Assembly: GCA_036170915.1 (NCBI GenBank)
Contig: JAVHQC010000015.1
Span: 64,001-128,000, forward strand
Source of the DNA: Cyanobacteria bacterium auto_48_18
GTDB lineage: Bacteria; Cyanobacteriota; Vampirovibrionia; Obscuribacterales; Obscuribacteraceae
DNA length: 64,000 nucleotides
Direction of reading: 5' to 3'
The notes under the pieces were generated by a model. That model was not told the DNA's origin. It worked only from the letters and a program-made list of their open reading frames with translations, and did no database searches. The stretch's first letter is position 1, and the number at the start of each line of letters is the position of its first letter. The translations under genes were made by a program, and so were the position numbers. Of the stretch, positions 58,448 to 64,000 are shown piece by piece.

Positions 58448-60517
58448 TTAGTTGGTGTTCGAGTATGAGGCTAAGCGCGTGGCCTGGCAATACGGGCAAA
58501 CCTGCCATTCGCCGTAAATCTCGGCATCACAGTTTTTGCAACAAAATTCGTGTTCGCTCTCGGCTTTAGAGAGGCCGCATTTTGGACAACTGGTCCAGCC
58601 GTCTAATTGCATGGTTCCGCAGCGCAAGCAAGAAAACTTGAGGTCATGCTGACAAAATGGGCACTTGATAAAATCGTCTGATATGGGGTTGCGACATTTT
58701 CCGCAAAGGGTCTCTTCACCTGAGGTATCTGAAAGAGTCACCCGTACAACTTCATCAGCACTGGTGAGCCCCTGACCCACCAGGCGCACGCTGTAGTCTT
58801 TTAGCGGAATCATGCCTGATTGTTTAGCCGCCAAACGAATTAGCGAGGTGGTAGAGCCTTTGCAAATAAGATCGCGAATCTCATCATTCATTTTCATCAC
58901 TTCAAAGACACCAATGCGATTTTTGTAGCCAGTCTGGTGGCATTCGTCGCAGCCTTTTCCTTTAGCAAAAATCGGCCAACCGTCTTTATCCGTGCGTAGT
59001 TTGTAATACTGGATAGTCGACTCAGCCAGCTTTTCTTGCCCTTTGTCGAGCAAACCAAGATATTCAAGAGCGCTGCGCTCAGGCGAATATTCTTCTTTGC
59101 AATGCAAACAAACGCGGCGTAAAAGTCTCTGGGCAATCACTCCCACTGTGGCCGAAGAAACCAGATACGGATCCACTTCCATTTCTGCCAGTCTGGTCAT
59201 CGCCCCTGGTGCGTCATTGGTGTGTAAAGTGGTGAAAACAAGGTGTCCAGTCAGTGCGGCTTCTACCGCGATTTTGGCTGTTTCTCGGTCACGCGTTTCA
59301 CCAACAAGTATGATGTCCGGATCTTGCCTCAAGAATGAGCGCAAAATGCGGGCAAAGTCTAAACCTTTTTCACGCAGCACCTGCACTTGGGTGATGCCTT
59401 GCATTTCGTATTCAATTGGATCTTCAGCGGTGAGAATATTCACTTCAGGAGTGTTGCGCTCAGCCAGTGCCGAATAGAGGCTGGTGGTTTTACCTGAGCC
59501 GGTGGGGCCGGTGACGAAAATGATACCGTAAGGTTTGAGCACCATTTCACGAATGGTGGCAAGTGTTTCTTTTTCAGTAATTAGATGATCAAGACCAAAA
59601 GTGGTGCCTGATTTATCTAGCTGCCTCATCACCACTTTTTCGCCATGTTTACTGGGAATGGATGAGACGCGGAAATCAATATCTTTGCCTGAGAAACGCA
59701 CTCGAATGCGGCCATCCTGGGGCAGGCGGCGTTCAGCAATATCAAGGTCAGCCATAATTTTGAAGCGCGAAATCAAGGCAGCGAGAATGGCCTTAGGTAA
59801 TTTGCGATCAACAAAAAGCACCCCATCTAAGCGATAACGGACCATTACATATTTGTCTTGCGGTTCGATATGAACGTCAGAACACTGGCGCTTAATTGCC
59901 TTAGCCAAGATTTGATTGGCTAGCTGCACTATAGGAGCATCTTGAGCCTGTTTAGCCAGATCTAAATCGTTGATCGAATCGTCATAGTCGACTAAAACAT
60001 CCAGGCTGGAGAGATCAACTTCTGATTCAATAAAAGTTTGATCCGCCTGTTCTTCCCACTCTTCACTCAGCTCTTCTTGCCGACGCGAATAGACTGTTTC
60101 CATAAAGTGCTGAAAATCGTCTTCAGTACAGACTACGGGCCGAATGGAGACACTCTTGAGTCGATATTTAACATCGTCTAGAGCGAGTAAATTATTAGGA
60201 TTAACCATGGCCAGAGTGAGTAATTTGCCATCAACTGATAGTGGCACCACTTGATGTTGGCGCATCACTTTTTCAGGCAATAATTCCAGAGCCGTATGAT
60301 CAGCTTGAGCATTAGCCAGCGAAATATAATTGCAGCCGTATTGAGTCTCTAGTGCAGTCTTCAAATGAGTCTCATTGGCAAGACCAAGACGCGACAAAAT
60401 CAGCGAAATCGGCTCGCCGGTTTTCATGCGCTCTTGCTGCACGATTTTCAATTCGTCGCTGGTTATGAGCCCATTGTCTACGAGCAGCTCACCAATTTCT
60501 TTTTTAATCAGAGCCAT
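58448..60517 (-). CDS. pilB: Type IV pilus extension ATPase PilB with MshEN-like N-terminus and Cys-rich C-terminus
   Basis: SDVHIEP, ERRLPQDGR, GPTGSGKTT, LRQDPD, ALTGHLV; six extra C-terminal CxxC pairs. Confidence 0.95.
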   Translation of the reverse strand: MALIKKEIGELLVDNGLITSDELKIVQQERMKTGEPISLILSRLGLANETHLKTALETQYGCNYISLANAQADHTALELLPEKVMRQHQVVPLSVDGKLLTLAMVNPNNLLALDDVKYRLKSVSIRPVVCTEDDFQHFMETVYSRRQEELSEEWEEQADQTFIESEVDLSSLDVLVDYDDSINDLDLAKQAQDAPIVQLANQILAKAIKRQCSDVHIEPQDKYVMVRYRLDGVLFVDRKLPKAILAALISRFKIMADLDIAERRLPQDGRIRVRFSGKDIDFRVSSIPSKHGEKVVMRQLDKSGTTFGLDHLITEKETLATIREMVLKPYGIIFVTGPTGSGKTTSLYSALAERNTPEVNILTAEDPIEYEMQGITQVQVLREKGLDFARILRSFLRQDPDIILVGETRDRETAKIAVEAALTGHLVFTTLHTNDAPGAMTRLAEMEVDPYLVSSATVGVIAQRLLRRVCLHCKEEYSPERSALEYLGLLDKGQEKLAESTIQYYKLRTDKDGWPIFAKGKGCDECHQTGYKNRIGVFEVMKMNDEIRDLICKGSTTSLIRLAAKQSGMIPLKDYSVRLVGQGLTSADEVVRVTLSDTSGEETLCGKCRNPISDDFIKCPFCQHDLKFSCLRCGTMQLDGWTSCPKCGLSKAESEHEFCCKNCDAEIYGEWQVCPYCQATRLASYSNTN

Positions 60518-60526
60518 AGAGATACC

Positions 60527-60561
60527 TTATGAAACACATTATGAAACACATTATGAAACAC
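60527..60561. repeat. 12-bp tandem repeat TTATGAAACACA x3 directly upstream of pilB
   Basis: Units at 60527, 60539, 60551 (last lacks the final base). Confidence 0.9.
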
Positions 60562-60670
60562 CGGCCGACCTTGTTGTTATGCCCGGCTAAGGCGTCATAT
60601 CTATCGATTTGGGTAAAGTAACAACAAGCAGTGAGAGGCACTAGCCATCGATTTATCAGACCAACCAGCA

Positions 60671-62092
60671 TTGAACCTGCCCGAAGCACTCGAGCGCCGC
60701 CAGTCGGCCCTTTCCAGGGCCAGGGCGCACCAGATGGCGCAGAGACTGTTTGCCCGGGCGGTCGTGCCCAGTCTTTCTCATAAAATCTACACACTGATTG
60801 GTTTCGCCTGGCCTGTTTTCGGCATTATCTTCCTCACTTTGCTCTGCAGTACCGATTGGTTTGGCGTCAACCTGGTGCAACTGGTCCCTGTGGCCGTGGT
60901 CAGTGCCCTGGCCCTGGGTCATGCTATTGCTCTAGCACTGGAGAGCAGTTGGGCCACCCGAGGCGCATACTTCTTTAAACAGGGCATGCCCTTGATTTTT
61001 TATCGTCACATGGCCACTATCGTGGCTCCTGGGGCGTTCACTGAAAACATTGCCGTGCCGGAAGAGCCTGGCGGTCACTATTCCGGATACGGCCAACCAG
61101 CCATTGTCTTCGGGCTCAAGCGCGTCTTATTCGAAGCTGTGGACGAGCTATATTTGACATTTCTCGGCACCTTGGAGGTGCGCTCGTATGTGAGCGCCGG
61201 CCATGTGTTCGCCGGCGAAAGCGACAATACTTCTAACAATCAATCACAATCAGACGAACCGCTCAACCGCCCTGATGTGCTGGTGCGCTTGCCGCTTTCG
61301 ATTTTGAATCAGTCGAAGCAAAACGAACTGGTATCACTGTTCACTAGCTTTAACCCTGACATTAAAATCAATCAGCGCCTGGCTGAGCGTCTAAATTCGC
61401 CCATTGTGCGCGGCCAAAATCTGATTCAATCATTTGGCGCCGCTCTCCTACTTTTCGCACTCTGCGACGTCACTTATGCCACTTTTACCTGGCTCGAAAT
61501 GCTCAAAAATTATTATGGCTCTCAGCTCTGTATGCGCCATCCCGACGAAGCTGCCATCTTTATACCTGGTAAGACTGCGCCTCTGCGCGCCGGGCAACTA
61601 TATGAGCAGGCTGAGCAAATCCGTTTACACCCGGCTCCGCTCTCATGGGCCTACCGGGCGCTTTTTGCCAATGGCAATTCCCAGGCACAGCTACTTGCCA
61701 TAAAAGCTGAAACTCTTTATCGCATGGGCCGCATCAAAGAGGCAATAAGCACACTGGAAGAAGCGGTGGAGGTTAAAGCCAGCGGCTTTAAGGCTAAGCT
61801 GCAACTGGTGCGTTATCTGGCAGAGGATGGCAGAGTGCCTGAAGCGCGCAAAATTTTGGCCGCCATTGTAGAAAAACACAAAGATGTGCTTTTGCCTCGC
61901 GTCTACGATGATGCCCTCCTGAGCGACCAGCCTGAAGCCATGGCGGCGGCCTACGGCAAAGATTTAGTTGCTCTCGATGAAGAAGTTTTTGGCACAGAGC
62001 CTGCCTGGCCGCCAGGTGGGGAAAAACCAATCATGGAAATGTGGAAAAGAGACGACCTTACTTTCATTGGCGATCGACTTTTGAAAAAGTGA
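60671..62092 (+). CDS. Hypothetical membrane protein with C-terminal TPR-like repeats
   Basis: Three hydrophobic segments; KAETLYRMGRIKEAISTLEEAV TPR-like. Confidence 0.65.
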   Translation: MNLPEALERRQSALSRARAHQMAQRLFARAVVPSLSHKIYTLIGFAWPVFGIIFLTLLCSTDWFGVNLVQLVPVAVVSALALGHAIALALESSWATRGAYFFKQGMPLIFYRHMATIVAPGAFTENIAVPEEPGGHYSGYGQPAIVFGLKRVLFEAVDELYLTFLGTLEVRSYVSAGHVFAGESDNTSNNQSQSDEPLNRPDVLVRLPLSILNQSKQNELVSLFTSFNPDIKINQRLAERLNSPIVRGQNLIQSFGAALLLFALCDVTYATFTWLEMLKNYYGSQLCMRHPDEAAIFIPGKTAPLRAGQLYEQAEQIRLHPAPLSWAYRALFANGNSQAQLLAIKAETLYRMGRIKEAISTLEEAVEVKASGFKAKLQLVRYLAEDGRVPEARKILAAIVEKHKDVLLPRVYDDALLSDQPEAMAAAYGKDLVALDEEVFGTEPAWPPGGEKPIMEMWKRDDLTFIGDRLLKK

Positions 62093-62137
62093 GGCGCTTT
62101 TGGCCTCTGAGTAAAGGGGGCGTCTTTCTCGCGCCTA

Positions 62138-62195
62138 AGAAATTTTACAACTCATAAGTTGTAGTTTTTTACAACTTATCGGTTGTAAAATTTCT
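62138..62195. repeat. 58-bp nested palindrome containing two TACAAC-N6-GTTGTA boxes
   Basis: AGAAATTT-TACAACtcataaGTTGTA-gttttt-TACAACttatcgGTTGTA-AAATTTCT. Confidence 0.85.
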
Positions 62196-62325
62196 CAGGG
62201 TTTACCGAGTGAACGGCCGTCCTTGTGCAGTTGGTCAAAAAAGTTAAAAGCCATTTAGCTACAAAAATGTTTAAAGCTGACGCTCCTTGACAAATCTCTA
62301 GTAACATTATGGCTTTGCGAGGCTT

Positions 62326-63570
62326 ATGGCTTTACGGGCTCTACTTACCGACAAAAAAACAGTGGTCAGCGCCGCTTGTATTGCTGCTGGTCTGGTGGCG
62401 GCCTTAGACTTTGGTTTTGGCATCACTCACCCGCTTGCATCAATCAACACCGTTAACACCGATAAAGGTGAGCCATATAACACGGTAGTGGCGATCAAAA
62501 AAGACATGGCCGCCACCGGCTCTGGTGCCAATGTCTTTCTGCTCGGTTCGTCACTTGTGGTGGCACCAGCCTTACAATGCGAAGCTGATTTTCGCGGCCA
62601 ATCGTTCAAGCGCTTCCATGACCGCCGCCTGACTAGTTTTGAAACTTATCTCGAAGGCGCTCTAAGGCTTCAATCAGGGGCCAAAGTGCCTGCACCCCGA
62701 AGCTATCTTCTTGCTGTGGGCGGAGAAATGGCTTCAGACGCCTATATTCTTACTAAAGAAATTCTCGCCAAAGAAATTCTCGACAGAAATACAAACACCT
62801 GCATTATCTACGGAATTGCGCCACGAGATTTTCACGATAATCTTTTTCCGCGAGTTGACTCGAGCCCTGTCTTTCGTATTTTTGGCAAGCTTGAAGACTT
62901 ACCAGGGCTCTTTGCCGCTGAGCCCACTCTTTCTGCCGACGAGCAAAAATCTGCCTGCGTTGAGCGGCTCTCCAGTTTTTATCGCTATCGCAGCGACTGG
63001 CAAAAGCTTTTCGATATTAGAGCCAAAAGACTGATTGAAAAATGCTTGCCTTTTGTAGTGTTCGAGAAATATTCAGAGAGTCTGGCTCTCAAGCAACAAA
63101 AGAAAGGCCTGCTGCCGGGAGAAGCTATAGGCACACCGCTGGTGGTGCCTCAGACTGCTCTAGATCATGAAAGTGTTGCCGCCACTCATGATGAATATAA
63201 ACGACGTTATAACCCCCTTAAACCGGCGAAGTATCAAGCTCAATTTGCCTACTTCGAGCGCCTGTTGGCCTATTGCCAGGAGCACAATGCCAGTTTGCTG
63301 GTGGTTAACATGCCGCTTTCGCAAGACAATATGGCTCTTTTGCCAAAAGATTCCTACAAAAACTATCTCAGTGGCTCGACGCAGCTCTGTGAAAAATATG
63401 GCGTAGAATTTGTGGACCTCAATAATTCCGCATGGAATCAAGAATCGAACTTTGTCGATTCGGTGCATCTCGCACCAAAAGCAAGCCAAGCCTTCATGCG
63501 AAAATTGGCCACTCTGGCAGCCAAATCAAATATGGCTGTGGCTTCGCGACGGGGCAAGAAAGAAATTTAG
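62326..63570 (+). CDS. SGNH/DUF1574-like membrane-anchored protein
   Basis: N-terminal TM, LLGSSL, VVNMPL, FVDSVHL (DxxH). Confidence 0.65.
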   Translation: MALRALLTDKKTVVSAACIAAGLVAALDFGFGITHPLASINTVNTDKGEPYNTVVAIKKDMAATGSGANVFLLGSSLVVAPALQCEADFRGQSFKRFHDRRLTSFETYLEGALRLQSGAKVPAPRSYLLAVGGEMASDAYILTKEILAKEILDRNTNTCIIYGIAPRDFHDNLFPRVDSSPVFRIFGKLEDLPGLFAAEPTLSADEQKSACVERLSSFYRYRSDWQKLFDIRAKRLIEKCLPFVVFEKYSESLALKQQKKGLLPGEAIGTPLVVPQTALDHESVAATHDEYKRRYNPLKPAKYQAQFAYFERLLAYCQEHNASLLVVNMPLSQDNMALLPKDSYKNYLSGSTQLCEKYGVEFVDLNNSAWNQESNFVDSVHLAPKASQAFMRKLATLAAKSNMAVASRRGKKEI

Positions 63571-63596
63571 TTGGCTATTGAGTCAGTAAATCGAAA

Positions 63597-64000
63597 TTAA
63601 TCAGGTTTCTGGCTGCTTTTTTCTTTCAATGCGCGGCTCAAAAGACCATTTAACATCGAACTGGAAGGGTCTAATTGATGGGCTCTTGTCACAGCGTCTA
63701 ACTCACCGTCAAGATCGTTATGCATAATGGCGTCGTGAATTAGAATCATCCAGGCCTGGAGAAAATTTTCGTTAATGGCCAGGGCGTTGCGGGCACATTG
63801 TGCTGCTGTTTCTGTGTCGTGCATGCGCATGTAAACTGATGCCATGGCTGTTTGTGCCCATTCAAATTTTGGATAACGTCTGGCCAGATCGGTAAACAAG
63901 TTTAGGGCGTCGCTGGGATTAGACGAACGCAGCAAAACATTGCCTTGCTTATACATTTCATTGCAGTGCGGTGTCACCGGATATAGTGGCAACTCAGCTT
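63597..64000 (-). CDS. TPR protein (5' end probably outside window)
   Basis: TPR-like repeats YPKFEWAQTAMASVY, AHQLDPSS; frame open to window edge. Confidence 0.65.
   Translation of the reverse strand, partial: AELPLYPVTPHCNEMYKQGNVLLRSSNPSDALNLFTDLARRYPKFEWAQTAMASVYMRMHDTETAAQCARNALAINENFLQAWMILIHDAIMHNDLDGELDAVTRAHQLDPSSSMLNGLLSRALKEKSSQKPD

Overview
Gene-dense bacterial chromosomal window with no rRNA, CRISPR array or intact mobile element. Several genes are cyanobacteria-like (SigF-type sigma factor, PilB with a Cys-rich tail, nucleotidyltransferase-PGM fusion), no photosynthesis genes are present, and there are TPR, TadE-like and Ser/Thr kinase-LRR proteins; together these suggest a non-photosynthetic cyanobacterial relative such as Melainabacteria/Obscuribacterales (inference). 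Contents in order: purA (partial), holB, a DnaJ-class chaperone, two TadE-like genes, rpmG-tRNA-Trp-secE-nusG-rplK-rplA, oppABC, a kinase/receiver/Hpt-GGDEF phosphorelay preceded by a truncated copy of the kinase sensor domain, gpsA-GT4-NTP transferase/PGM, a WG-rich disordered protein, a partial leucine-catabolism cluster, mobA, a NatAB-like exporter with a CPBP protease fusion, vapBC, a Ser/Thr kinase-LRR protein, a second two-component system, and a ~14 kb type IV pilus locus (pilB-pilT-pilC, SigF-like sigma, pilH/I-like ABC, pilD, fused pilMN, pilO, pilP-like). Three features were missed by the ORF track: rpmG, a 52-aa peptide with 16 Cys and a six-Cys run (metallothionein-like), and a probable gene split by a one-base frameshift inside the pilus locus. 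All family calls come from motifs recognised by eye, not database searches.
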